Below are positions 10,901-27,000 of a stretch of 64,000 nt of DNA, in pieces; positions within the stretch are counted from its first letter, which is position 1, and every line of letters starts with the position of its first letter. The DNA is from Eledone cirrhosa. Lineage: Eukaryota. Made by a program: the position numbers and the translations under genes. The notes beneath the pieces are model-generated. The model was given only the letters and a program-made list of their open reading frames with translations. It was not told the DNA's origin and did not search any database. The stretch lies in contig OZ024744.1 in assembly GCA_964016885.1 (NCBI GenBank), positions 122,326,001-122,390,000 of the forward strand, given 5' to 3'.

Positions 10901-13900
10901 CCAATCAACTTGAAACAAGTCTTCACAATCACATTCCCACAACAAATCCACATGAAACAAGTCTTCACAATCACATTCCCACAACTAATCCACTTGAAAC
11001 AAGTCGTCACGATCACATTCCCACAACCAATCCACTTGAGACAGTCTTCACAATCAAATTCCCACAACCAATCTACTTGAGACAAGTCTTCACAATTACA
11101 CAACCAATCTACTTGGAACAAGTCTTCACAATCACATAACCAATCCACTTGAGACAAGTCTTCACAATCACATTCAAACAACCAATCCACTTGAAAAAAG
11201 TCTTCACAATCACATTCCCACAACCAACCCACTTGAAACAAGTCTTCACAATCACATTCCCACAACCAATCCACTCGAGACAAGTCTCCACAATCATATT
11301 CCCACAACAAAACAAGTCTTCACAATCACATTTCCACAACCAATCCACCTGAAACAAGTCTTCACAAACACATTCCGACAACCAATCTACTTGAAACAAG
11401 TCTTCACAATCACATTCCCAGAACCAATCTACTTAAGACAAGTCTTCACAATCACATTCCCACAACCAACGAATCCACTTGAAACAAGTCTTCACAACCA
11501 CATTCCCAGAACGAATCCACTTGAAACAAATCCTCACAATCACATTCCCACAACGAATCCACTTGAAGCAAGTCTTCACAATCACATTCCCACAACCAAT
11601 CAACCCACTTGAGAAAAGTCTTCACAATCACATTCCCACAACCAATCCACTTGAAACAAGTCTTCACAATCACATTCCCACAACCAACACACTTGAAACA
11701 AGTCTTCACAAACACATTCCCACAAGCAATACACTTGAAACAAGTCTTCACAATCACACAACCAATCCACTTGAGACAAGTCTTCACAATCACATTCCCA
11801 CAACCAATCCACTCGAAACAAGTCTTCACAATCACATTCCCACAACCAATCCACTTGAGACAAGTCTTCACGATCACATTCCCACAAGCAATCCACTTGA
11901 AACAACTTTTCACAATCACATTCCCACAACCAATCCACCTGAAACAAGTCTTCACAATCACATTCCCACAACCAATCCACTTGAAACAATTCTTCTCAAA
12001 CACATTCCCACAAGCAATCCACTTGAGACAAGTCTTCACAATCACATTCCCACAACGAAACAAGTCTTCACAATCACATTCCCACAACCAATCCACCTGA
12101 AACAAGTCTTCACAAACACATCCCCACAACCAATCTACTTGAAACAAGTCTTCACAATCACATTCCCAGAACCAATCTACTTAAGACAAGTCTTCACAAT
12201 CACATTCCCACAACCAACGAATCCACTTGAAACAAGTCTTCACAACCACGTTCCCAGAACGAATCCACTTGAAACAAGTCTTCACAATCACATTCCCAGA
12301 ACGAATCAACTTGAGACAAGTCTTTACAATCACATTCCCACAACGAATCCACTTGAAGCAAGTCTTCACAATCACATTCCCACAACCAATCAACCCACTT
12401 GAAACAAGTCTTCACAATCACATTCCCACAACCAACCCACATGAAACAAGTTTTCACAATCAATCCACTTGAGACAAGTCTTCACAATCACATTCCCACA
12501 ACCAATCCACTTGAAACAAGTCTTCACAATCACATTCCCACAACCAACACACTTGAAACAAGTCTTCACAATCACATTCCCACAAGCAATCCACTTGAAA
12601 CAAGTCTTCACAATCACACAACCAATCCACTTGAGACAAGTCTTCACAATCACATTCCCACAACCAATCCACTCGAAACAAGTCTTCACAATCACATTCC
12701 CACAACCAATCCACTTGAGACAAGTCTTCACGATCACATTCCCACAAGCAATCCACTTGAAACAACTTTTCACAATCACATTCCCACAACCAATCCACCT
12801 GAAACAAGTCTTCACAATCACATTCCCACAACCAATCCACTTGAAACAATTCTTCTCAAACACATTCCCACAAGCAATCTACTTGAGACAAGTCTTCAGA
12901 ATCACATTCCCACAACCAATCCACTTGAAACAAGTCTTCACAATCACATTCCCACAACCAATCTACTGAGACAAGTCTGCACAATTACATTCCCACAACC
13001 AATCCAGATGAAACAAGTCTTCACAATCACATTCCCACAACCAATCTACTTGAGACAAGTCTTCACAATCACATTCCCACAACCAATCCACACGAAACAA
13101 GTCTCCACAATCACATTCCCACAACCAATCAACTTGAGACAAGTCTTCACAATCACATAACCAATCAACCCACTTGAAACAAGTCTTCACAATTATTACC
13201 ACAACCAATCCACTTGAAACAAGTCTTCTCGATCACATTCCCACAACCAACCCACATGAAACAAGTCTTCACGATCACATTTGCACAATAAATCCACTTG
13301 AAACAAGTCTTCACAATCACATTCCCACAACCAATCCACTTGAGACAAGCCTTCACAATCACATTCCCACAACCAATCTACTTGAGACAAGTCTTCACAA
13401 TCACATTCCCACAACGAATCCACATGAACCAAGTCTTCACAATCACATTCCAACAACCAATCCACTTGAAGCAAGTCTTCACAATCACACAACCAATCCA
13501 CTTGAGACAAGTCTTCACAATCACATTCCCACAACCAATCCACTTGAAACAAGTCTTCACAATCAAATTCCCACAACCAATCCACTTCAAACAAGTCTTC
13601 ACAATCACATTCCCACAATCAATCCACTTGAGACAAGTGTTCACAATCACATTCCCACAATCAATCTACTTGAGACAAGTCTTCATAATCAGTCCCACAA
13701 CCAATCTACTTGAAACAAGTCTTCACAATCACATTACCACAACCAATCCACTTGAAACAAGTCTTCACAATCACATTCCCACAACCAATCTACATGAGAC
13801 AAGTCTTCACAATCACATTCCCACAACCAATCAATCCACTTGAACCAAGTCTTCACAATCACATTCCCATAACCAACCCACTTGAAACAAGTCTTCACAA

Positions 13901-16900
13901 TCACATTCCCACAACGAACCCACGTGAAACAAGTCTTCACAATCACTCCACTTGAGACAAGTCTTCACAATCACATTCCCACAACCAATCCACTTGAAAC
14001 AAGTCTTCACAGTCACATTCCCACAAACAATCCACTTGAACCAAGTCTTCACAATCACTCCACTTGAGACAAGTCTTCACAATCACATTCCCACAAACAA
14101 TCCACTTGAAACAAGTCTTCACAATCACATTCCCACAAACAATCCACTTGAGACAAGTCTTCACAATCACATTCCCACAAACAATCCACTTGAACCAAGT
14201 CTTCACAATCACATTCCCACAACCAATCCACTTGAAACAAGTCTTCACAATCACATTCCCACAACCAATCTACTTGAGACAAGTCTTCACAATCACATTC
14301 CCACAACCAATCTACTTGAGACAAGTCTTCACAATCACATTCCCACAACCAATCTCCTTGAGACAAGTCTTCACAATGACATTCCCACTACCAATCAACC
14401 CACTTGAAACAAGTCTTCACAATCACATTCCCACAACCATCCCTCATGAAACAAGTCTTCACAATCACATTCCCACAACCAATTCACTTGAAACAAGTCT
14501 TCACAATCACATTCCCACAACCAATCCACTTGAGACAAGTCTTCACAATCACATTCCGACTACGAATCCACTTGAGACAAGTCTTCACAATCACATTCCC
14601 ACAACCAATCCACTTGAAACAAGTCTTCACAATCACACAACCAATCCACTTGAGACAAGTCTTCACAATCACATTCCCACAACCAATCCACTCGAAACAA
14701 GTCTTCATAATCACATTCCCACAACCAATCCACTTGAGACAAGTCTTCACGATCACATTCCCACAAGCAATCCACTTGAAACAACTTTTCACCATCACAT
14801 TCCCACAACCAATCCACCTGAAACAAGTCTTCACAATCACATTCCCACAACCAATCCACTTGAAACAAGTCTTCTCAAACACATTCCCACAAGCAATCTA
14901 CTTGAGACAAGTCTTCAGAATCACATTCCCACAACCAATCCACTTGAAACAAGTCTTCACAAACACATTCCCACAACCAATCTACTTGAGACAAGTCTGC
15001 ACAATCACATTCCCACAACCAATCTACTTGAGACAAGTCTGCACAATCACATTCCCACAACCAATCCAGATGGAACAAGTCTTCACAATCACATTCCCAC
15101 AACCAATCTACTTGAGACAAGTCTTCACAATCACATTCCCACAACCAATCCACATGAAACAAGTCTCCACAATCACATTCCCACAACAAATCCACTTGAG
15201 ACAAGTCTTCACAATCACATTCCCACAACCAATCAATCCACTTGAACCAAGTCTTCACAATCACATTCCCACAACCAACCCACTTGAAACAAGTCTTCAC
15301 AATCACATTCCCACAACGAACCCACGTGAAACAAGTCTTCACAATCACAGTCCCACAACCAATCCACTTGAAACAAGTCTTCACAATCACATTCCCACAA
15401 ACAATCCACTTGAACCAAGTCTTCACAATCACTCCACTTGAGACAAGTCTTCACAATCACATTCCCACAACCAATCCACTTGAAACAAGTCTTCACAATC
15501 ACATTCCCACAAACAATCCACTTGAGACAAGTCTTCACAATCACATTCCCACAAACAATCCACTTTAACCAAGTCTTCACAATCACATTCCCACAACCAA
15601 TCAATCCACTTGAACCAAGTCTTCACAATCACATTCCCATAACCAACCCACTCGAAACAAGTCTTCACAATCACATTCCCACAACGAACCCACGTGAAAC
15701 AAGTCTTCACAATCACTCCAATAGAGACAAGTCTTCACAATCACATTCCCACAACCAATCCACTTGAAACAAGTCTTCACAATCACATTCCCACAAACAA
15801 TCCACTTGAACCAAGTCTTCACAATCACTCCACTTGAGACAAGTCTTCACAATCACATTCCCACAACCAATCCACTTGAAACAAGTCTTCACAATCACAT
15901 TCCCACAAACAATACACTTGAGACAAGTCTTCACAATCACATTCCCACAAACAATCCACTTGAACCAAGTCTTCACAATCACATTCCCACAACCAATCCA
16001 CTTGAAACAAGTCTTCACAATCACATTCCCACAACCAATCTACTTGAAACAAGTCTTCACAATCACATTCCCACAACCAATCTACTTGAAACAAGTCTTC
16101 ACAATCACATTCCCACAACCAATTCAATTGAAACAAATCTTCACAATCACATTCCCACAACCAACCCACATGAAACAAGTCTTCACAATCACATTCCCAC
16201 AACCAATTCACTTGAAACAAGTCTTCACAATCACATTCCCACAACCAATTCACTTGAGACAAGTCTTCACAATCTCTTTCCGACAATCAATCCACTTGAG
16301 ACAAGTCTTCACAATCACATTCCCACAACCAATCCACTTGAAACAAGTCTTCACAATCACACAACCAATCCACTTGAGACAAGTCTTCACAATCACATTC
16401 CCACAACCAACCCACATGAAAAAAGTCTTCACAATCACATTCCCACAACCAATCCACTTCAGACAAGTCTTCACAATCACATTCCCACAACCAACCAATC
16501 AACTTGAAACAAGTCTTCACAATCACATTCCCACAACAAATCCACATGAAACAAGTCTTCACAATCACATTCCCACAACTAATCCACTTGAAACAAGTCG
16601 TCACGATCACATTCCCACAACCAATCCACTTGAGACAGTCTTCACAATCAAATTCCCACAACCAATCTACTTGAGACAAGTCTTCACAATTACACAACCA
16701 ATCTACTTGGAACAAGTCTTCACAATCACATAACCAATCCACTTGAGACAAGTCTTCACAATCACATTCAAACAACCAATCCACTTGAAAAAAGTCTTCA
16801 CAATCACATTCCCACAACCAACCCACTTGAAACAAGTCTTCACAATCACATTCCCACAACCAATCCACTCGAGACAAGTCTCCACAATCATATTCCCACA

Positions 16901-19380
16901 ACAAAACAAGACTTCACAATCACATTTCCACAACGAATCCACCTGAAACAAGTCTTCACAAACACATTCCGACAACCAATCTACTTGAAACAAGTCTTCA
17001 CAATCACATTCCCAGAACCAATCTACTTAAGACAAGTCTTCACAATCACATTCCCACAACCAACGAATCCACTTGAAACAAGTCTTCACAACCACATTCC
17101 CAGAACGAATCCACTTGAAACAAATCCTCACAATCACATTCCCACAACGAATCCACTTGAAGCAAGCCTTCACAATCACATTCCCACAACCAATCAACCC
17201 ACTTGAGACAAGTCTTCACAATCACATTCCCACAACCAATCCACTTGAAACAAGTCTTCACAATCACATTCCCACAACCAACACACTTGAAACAAGTCTT
17301 CACAAACACATTCCCACAAGCAATACACTTGAAACAAGTCTTCACAATCACACAACCAATCCACTTGAGACAAGTCTTCACAATCACATTCCCACAACCA
17401 ATCCACTCGAAACAAGTCTTCACAATCACATTCCCACAACCAATCCACTTGAGACAAGTCTTCACGATCACATTCCCACAAGCAATCCACTTGAAACAAC
17501 TTTTCACAATCACATTCCCACAACCAATCCACTTGAAACAATTCTTCTCAAACACATTCCCACAAGCAATCCACTTGAGACAAGTCTTCACAATCACATT
17601 CCCACAACGAAACAAGTCTTCACAATCACATTCCCACAACCAATCCACCTGAAACAAGTCTTCACAAACACATCCCCACAACCAATCTACTTGAAACAAG
17701 TCTTCACAATCACATTCCCAGAACCAATCTACTTAAGACAAGTCTTCACAATCACATTCCCACAACCAACGAATCCACTTGAAACAAGTCTTCACAACCA
17801 CGTTCCCAGAACGAATCCACTTGAAACAAGTCTTCACAATCACATTCCCAGAACGAATCAACTTGAGACAAGTCTTTACAATCACATTCCCACAACGAAT
17901 CCACTTGAAGCAAGTCTTCACAATCACATTCCCACAACCAATCAACCCACTTGAAACAAGTCTTCACAATCACATTCCCACAACCAACCCACATGAAACA
18001 AGTTTTCACAATCAATCCACTTGAGACAAGTCTTCACAATCACATTCCCACAACCAATCCACTTGAAACAAGTCTTCACAATACCTTTCCCACAACCAAC
18101 ACACTTGAAACAAGTCTTCACAATCACATTCCCACAAGCAATCCACTTGAAACAAGTCTTCACAATCACACAACCAATCCACTTGAGACAAGTCTTCACA
18201 ATCACATTCCCACAACCAATCCACTCGAAACAAGTCTTCACAATCACATTCCCACAACCAATCCACTTGAGACAAGTCTTCACGATCACATTCCCACAAG
18301 CAATCCACTTGAAACAAGTCTTCACAATCACATTCCCACAACCAATCCACTTGAAACAATTCTTCTCAAACACATTCCCACAAGCAATCTACTTGAGACA
18401 AGTCTTCAGAATCACATTCCCACAACCAATCCACTTGAAACAAGTCTTCACAATACCTTTCCCACAACCAACACACTTGAAACAAGTCTTCACAATCACA
18501 TTCCCACAAGCAATCCACTTGAAACAAGTCTTCACAATCACACAACCAATCCACTTGAGACAAGTCTTCACAATCACATTCCCACAACCAATCCACTCGA
18601 AACAAGTCTTCACAATCACATTCCCACAACCAATCCACTTGAGACAACTTTTCACAATCACATTCCCACAACCAATCCACCTGAAACAAGTCTTCACAAT
18701 CACATTCCCACAACCAATCCACTTGAAACAATTCTTCTCAAACACATTCCCACAAGCAATCTACTTGAGACAAGTCTTCAGAATCACATTCCCACAACCA
18801 ATCCACTTGAAACAAGTCTTCACAATCACATTCCCACAACCAATCTACTGAGACAAGTCTGCACAATTACATTCCCACAACCAATCCAGATGAAACAAGT
18901 CTTCACAATCACATTCCCACAACCAATCTACTTGAGACAAGTCTTCACAATCACATTCCCACAACCAATCCACACGAAACAAGTCTCCACAATCACATTC
19001 CCACAACCAATCAACTTGAGACAAGTCTTCACAATCACATAACCAATCAACCCACTTGAAACAAGTCTTCACAATTATTACCACAACCAATCCACTTGAA
19101 ACAAGTCTTCTCGATCACATTCCCACAACCAACCCACATGAAACAAGTCTTCACGATCACATTTGCACAATAAATCCACTTGAAACAAGTCTTCACAATC
19201 ACATTCCCACAACCAATCCACTTGAGACAAGCCTTCACAATCACATTCCCACAACCAATCTACTTGAGACAAGTCTTCACAATCACATTCCCACAACGAA
19301 TCCACATGAACCAAGTCTTCACAATCACATTCCAACAACCAATCCACTTGAAGCAAGTCTTCACAATCACACAACCAATC
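7948..19380 (+). repeat. Higher-order tandem duplication, ~5.55-kb unit x2
   Basis: The variant order repeats at offsets 5552, 5594 and 5882: tcaaattccc 8011/13563; ORF pairs 8158/13710, 10240/15834, 12227/17779, 13174/19056. Confidence 0.92.
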
Positions 19381-22300
19381 CACTTGAGACAAGTCTTCAC
19401 AATCACATTCCCACAACCAATCCACTCGAAACAAGTCTTCACAATCACATTCCCACAACCAATCCACTTGAGACAAGTCTTCACGATCACATTCCCACAT
19501 GCAATCCACTTGAAACAACTTTTCACAATCACATTCCCACAACCAATCCACTTGAAACAACTCTTCTCAAACACATTCCCACAAGCAATCTACATGAGAC
19601 AAGTCTTCACAATCACATTCGCACAATAAATCCACTTGAAACAAGTCTTCACAATCACATTCCCACAACCAATCTACTTGAGACAAGTCTTCACAATCAT
19701 GTTCCCAAACCAATCAATAAACTTGAACCAAGTCTTCACAATCACATCCCACAACCAACCCAGTTGAGACAACTCTTCACAATCACATTCCCACAAACAA
19801 TCTACTTGAAACAAGTCTTCACAATCACATTCCCACAACCAATCTACTTGAAACAAGTCTTCACATTCACAATCCAACAACCAATCAATCCACTTGAACC
19901 AAGTCTTCACAATCACATCCCACAACTAACCCACTTGAAACAAGTCTTCACAATCACATTCCCACAACCAATTCAATTGAAACAAATCTTCACAATCACA
20001 TTCCCACAACCAACCCACATGAAACAAGTCTTCACGATCACATTTGCACAATAAATCCACTTGAAACAAGTCTTCACAATCACATTCCCACAACCAATCC
20101 ACTTGAGACAAGCCTTCACAATCACATTCCCACAACGAATCCACATGAACCAAGTCTTCACAATCACATTCCAACAACCAATCCACTTGAAGCAAGTCTT
20201 CACAATCACATTCCCACAAGCAATCCACTTGAAACAAGTCTTCACAATCACATTCCCACAACCAATCAACCCACTTGAAACAAGTCTTCACAATCACATT
20301 CCCACAACCAACCCACTTGAAACAAGTCTTCACAATCACATTCCCACAACCAATCTACTTGAGACATGTCTTCACAATCACATTCCCAAAACAAACCAAT
20401 CCACTTGAAACAAGTCTTCAGAATCACATTCCCACAACCAATCCACTTCAAACAAGTCTTCACAATCACATTCCCACAACCAATCTACTTGAGACATGTC
20501 ATCACAATCACATTCCCAAAACAAACCAATCCACTTGAAACAAGTCTTCACAATCACATTCCTACAACCAATCCACTTGAACCAAGTCTTCACAATCACA
20601 TTCCCACAACCAATCCACTTGAAACAAGTCTTGACAATCACATTCCCACAACCAATCCACTTGAACCAAGTCTTGACAATCACATTCCCACAACCAATCC
20701 ACTTGAAACAAGTCTTCACAATCACATTCCCACAACCAATCCACTTCAAACAAGTCTTCACAATCACATTCCCACAACCAATCTACTTGAGACAAGTCTT
20801 CACAATCACATTCCCACAACCAATCTACTTGAAACAAGTCTTCACAATCACATTCCCACAACCAATCCACTTGAAACAAGTCTTTACAATCACATTCACA
20901 AAACCAACCAATCCACTTGAAACAAGTCTTCACAATCACATTCCCACAACGAATCCACATGAACCAAGTCTTCACAATCACATTCCAACAACCAATCCAC
21001 TTGAAAATAGTCTTCACAATCATATTCCCACAACCAATCCACTTGAAATAAGTCTTCACAATCACATTCCCACAACAAACCAATCCACTTGAAACAAGTC
21101 TTCACAATCACATTCCCACAACAAACCAATCCACTTAAAACAAGTCTTCACAATCACATTCCCACAACCAATCCACTTGAAACAAATCTTCACAATCACA
21201 TTCCCACAACCAATCCACTTGAGACAAGACTTCACAATCACATTCCCACAACTAATCCCCTTGAGACAAGTCTTCACAATCACATTCCCACAACCAATCC
21301 ACTTGAAACAAGTCTTCACAATCACATTCCCACAACCAATCTACTTGAGACAAGTCTTCACAATCACATTCCCACAATGAATCCACTTGAAACAAGTCTT
21401 CACAATCACACAACCAATTCGCTGGAAAGAAGTCTTCACAATCATATTCCCAATACCAACCAATCAACTTGAAACAAGTCTTCACAATCACATTCCCACT
21501 CTACTTGAGACAAGTCTTCACAATCACATTCCCACAAACAAGTCTCCACAATCACATTCCCACAACCAATCTACTTGAGACAAGTCTTCACAATCACATT
21601 CCCACAACCAATCTACTTGAAACAAGTCTTCACAATCACATTCCCACAACCAATCCACTTGAGACAAGTCTTCAAAATTACATTCCCACAACCAATCCAC
21701 TTGAGATAAGTCTTCACAATCACATTCCCACAACCAAGTCTTCACAATCACATTCCCACAACCAATCAATCCACTTGAACCAAGTCTTCACAATCACATC
21801 CCACAACCAACCCACTTGAGACAAGTCTTCACAATCACATTCCCACAACCAATCTACTTGAAAGAAGTCTACACAATCACATTCCCACAACCAATCAACC
21901 CACTTGAAATAAGTCTTCACAATCACATTCCCACAACCAATCCACTTGAGACAAGTCTTCACAATCACATTCAAACAACCAATCCACTTGAAACAAGTCT
22001 TCACAATCACATTCACACAACCAATCCACTTGAGACAAGTCTTCACAATCAAATTCCCACAACCAATCTACTTGAAACAAGTCTTCACAATCACATTCCA
22101 ACAACCAAGTCTTCACAATCACATTCCCACAACCAATCAATCCACTTGAACCAAGTCTTCACAATCACATCCCACAACCAACCCACTTGAGACAAGTCTT
22201 CACAATCACGTTCCCACAACCAAACTACTTGAAACAAGTCTTCACAATCACATTCCCACAACCAATCTACTTGAAACAAGTCTTCACGATCACATTCGCA

Positions 22301-24009
22301 CAATCAATCCACTTGAAACAAGTCTTCACAATCACATTCCCACAACCAATCCACTTGAAACAAGTCTTTACAATCACATTCCCAAAACCAACCAATCCAC
22401 TTGAAACAAGTCTTCACAATCACATTCCCACAACCAATCCCCTTGAGACAAGTCTTCACATTCGCACAACCAATCCACATGAACCAAGTCTTCACAATCA
22501 CATTCCAACAACCAATCCACATGAACCAAGTCTTCACAATCACATTCCCACAACCAATCCACTTGAAATAAGTCTTCACAATCACATTCCCACAACCAAC
22601 CAATCCACTTGAAACAAGTCTTCACAATCACATTCCCACAACCAATCCACTTGAAACAAGTCTTCAAATCACATTCCCACAACCAATCCACTTGAGACAA
22701 GTCTTCACAATCACATTCCCACAAACAATCCCCTTGAGACAAGTCTTCACAATCACACAACCAATCTACTTGAAACAAGTCTTCACAATCACATTCCCAC
22801 AACCACTCTACTTGAGACAAGTCTTCACAATCACATTCCTACAACCAATCTACTTGAGACAAGTCTTCACAATCACATTCCCACAACCAATCCACTTGAG
22901 ACAAGTCTTCACAATCACATTCCCACAACCAATCCCCTTGAGACAAGTCTTCACAATCACACAACCAATCTACTTGAAACAAGTCTTCACAATCACATTC
23001 CCACAACCAATCCACTTGAGAAAGTCTTCACAATCACATTCCCACAAAAAACCAATCCACTTGAAACAAGTCTTCACAATCACATTCCCACAACCAACCC
23101 ACTTGAAACAAGTCTTCACAATCACATTCCCACAACCAATCCACTTGAGACAAGTCTTCACAATCACATTCCCACAACGAAAGAAGTCTTCACAATCACA
23201 TTCCCACAACCAATCCCCCTGAAACAAGTCTTCCCAATCACATTCCCACAACCAATCTACTTGAAACAAGTCTTCACAATCACATTCCCACAACCAATCC
23301 ACTTGAGACAAGTCTTCACAATCACATTCCCACAACCAATCCACTTGAAGCAAGTTTTCACAATCACATTCCCACAACCAACGAATCCACTTGAAACAAG
23401 TCTTCACAATCACATTCCCAGAACCAATCAACTTGAGACAAGTCTTCACAATCACATTCCCACAACCAATCCACTTGAAGCAAGTGTTCACAATCACATT
23501 CCCACAACCAATCCACTTGAAACAAGTCTTCACAATCACATTCCCACAAACAATCAATCCACTTGAATCAAGTCTTCACAATCACATTCCACAACCAATC
23601 TACTTGAAACAAGTCTTCACAATCACATTCCCACAACCAATCAACCCACTTGAAATAAGTCTTAACAATCACATTCCCACAACCAAGTCTTCACTATCAC
23701 ATTCCAACAACCAACCCACTTGAAACAAGTCTTCACAATCACAGAGCAATCTACTTGAAACAAGTCTTCACAATCACATTCCCACAACCAATCTACTTGA
23801 AACAAGTCTTCACAATCACATTCCCACAACGAAAGAAGCCTTCAGAATCACATTCCCACAACCAATCTACTTGAGACAAGTCTTCACAATCACATTCCCA
23901 CAACCAATCAATCCACTTGAAACAAGTCTTCACAATCACATTCCCACAACCAATCTACTTGAAACAAGTCTTCACAATCACATTCCAAAACCAATCAATC
24001 CACTTGAAC

Positions 24010-27000
24010 GAAGTCTTCACAATCACATCCCACAACCAACCCACTTGAAACAAGTCTTCACAATCACATTCCCACGACCAATCTACTTGAAACAAGTCTT
24101 CACAATCACATTCCCACAACCAATCCACTTGAAACAAGTCTTCACAACCACATTCCCACAACGAATTCACATGAACCAAGTCTTCACAATCACATTCCAA
24201 CAACCAATCCACTTGAAACAAGTCTTCACAATCACATTCCCACAACCAACCAATCCACTTGAAACAAGTCATCACAATCACATTCCCACAACCAATCCAC
24301 TTGAAACAAGTCTTCACAATCACATTCCCACAACCAATCTACTTGAGACAAGTCTTCACAATCACATTCAAACAACCAATCCACTTGAAACTAGTCTTCA
24401 CAATCACGTTCCCACAACCAATCCACTTGAGACAAGTCTTCAAATCACATTCCCAAAACCAATCTACTTGAAACAAGTCTTCACAATCACATTCCCACAA
24501 CCAATCCACTTGAGACAAGCCTTCAAATCACATTCCCACAACCAATCTACTTGAGACAAGTCTTCACAATCACATTCCCACAACCAACGAATCCACTTGA
24601 AACAAGTCTTCACTATCACATTCCCAGAACGAATCAACTTGAGACAAGTCTTTACAATCACATTCCCACAACCAATCCACTTGAAGCAAGTCTTCACAAT
24701 CACATCCCCACAACCAATCCACTGAGACAAGTCTTCACAATCACATTCCCACAACCAATCTACTTGAAACAAGTCTTCACAATCACATTCCCACAACCAA
24801 TCAACCCACTTGAAAAAGTCATCACAATCACATTCCCACAACCAATCTACTTGAAACAAGTCTTCACAATCACATTCCCACAACCAATCTAGTTGAAACA
24901 AGTCTTCACAATCACATTCCAACAACCAATCAATCCACTTGAGCCAAGTCTTCACAATCACATCCCACAACTAACCCACTTGAAACAAGTCTTCACAATC
25001 ACATTCCCACAACCAATTCACTTGAAACAAGTCTTCACAATCACATTCCCACAACCAACCCACATGAAACAAGTCTTCACGATCACATTCGCACAATAAA
25101 TCCAATTGAAACAAGTCTTCACAATCACATTCCCACAACCAATGTACTTGAGACAAGTCTTCACAATCACATTCCCACAACCAACCCACTTGAAACAAGT
25201 CTTCACAATCACATTCCCACAATCAATCCACTTGAAACAAGTCTTCACAATCACATTCCCCCAACCAATCCACTTGAAACAGTCTTCACAATTACATTCC
25301 CACAACGAATCCACATGAACCAAGTCTTTGCAGTCACATTCCCAAAACCAATCTACTTGAGACAAGTCTTCACAATCACATTCAAACAACCAATCCACTT
25401 GAGATAAGTCTTCACAATCACATTCCCACAACAAACGAATCCACTTGAAACAAGTCTTCACAATCACATTCCCAGAACGAATCAACTTGAGACAAGTCTT
25501 TACAATCACATTCCCACAACCAATCCACTTGAGACAAGTCTTCACAATCACATTCCCACAACCAATCTACTTGAAACAAGTCTTCACAATCACATTCCCA
25601 CAACCAATCAACCCACTTGAACCAAGTCTTCACAATCACATCCCACAACCAACCCACTTGAGACAAGTCTTCACGATCACATTCCCACAACCAATCAACC
25701 CACTTGAAACAAGTCTTCACAATCACATTCCCACAACCAACCCACTTGAAACAAGTCTTCTCAATCACATTCCCACAACCAACCAACATGAAACAAGTCT
25801 TCACAATCAACCCACTTGAAACAAGTCTTCACAATCACATTCCCACAACGAACCAATCCACTTGAAACAAGTCTTCACAATCATATTGCCACAACCAATC
25901 CACTTGAAACAAGTCTTCACAATCACATTCCCACAACCAATCAATCCACTTGAATCAAGTCTTCACAATCACATCCCACAACCAACCCACTTGAGACAAG
26001 TCTTCACAATCACATTCCCACAACCAATCTACTTGAAACAAGTCTTCACAATCACATTCCCACAACCAATCAACCCACTTGAAAAAGTCATCACAATCAC
26101 ATTCCCACAACCAATCTACTTGAAACAAGTCTTCACAATCACATTCCAACAACCAATCAATCCACTTGAACCAAGTCTTCACAATTACATCCCACAACTA
26201 ACCCACTTGAAACAAGTCTTCACAATCACATTCCCACAACCAATTCACTTGAAACAAGTCTTCACAATCACAATCCCACAACCAACCCACATGAAACAAG
26301 TCTTCACGATCACATTCGCACAATAAATCCACTTGAAACAAGTCTTCACAATCACATTCCCACAACCAATCTACTTGAGACAAGTCTTCACAATCACATT
26401 CCCACAACCAACCCACTTGAAACAAGTCTTCACAATCACATTCCCACAATCAATCCACTTGAAACAAGTCTTCACAATCACATTCCCCAACCAACCCACT
26501 TGAAACAAGTCTTCACAATCACATTCCCACATCCAATCCACTTGAGACAAGCCTTCACAATCACATTCCCACAACCAATCTACTTGAGACAAGTCTTCAC
26601 GATCACATTCCCACAACCAACGAATCCACTTGAAACAAGTCTTCACAATCACATTCCCACAACCAATCAACCCACTTGAAACAAGTCTTCACAATCACAT
26701 TCCCACAACCAATCAATCCACTTGAACCAAGTCTTCACAATCACATCCCACATCCAACCCACTTGAGACAAGTCTTCACAATCACATTCCCACAATCAAT
26801 CCACTTGAAACAAGTCTTCACAATCACATTCCCCCAACCAATCCACTTGAAACAGTCTTCACAATCACATTCCCACAACGAATCCACATGAACCAAGTCT
26901 TTGCAATCACATTCCCACAACCAATCCACTTAAAACAAGTCTTCACAATCACATTCCCACAACCAACCAATCCACTTGAAACAAGTCTTCACAATCACAT

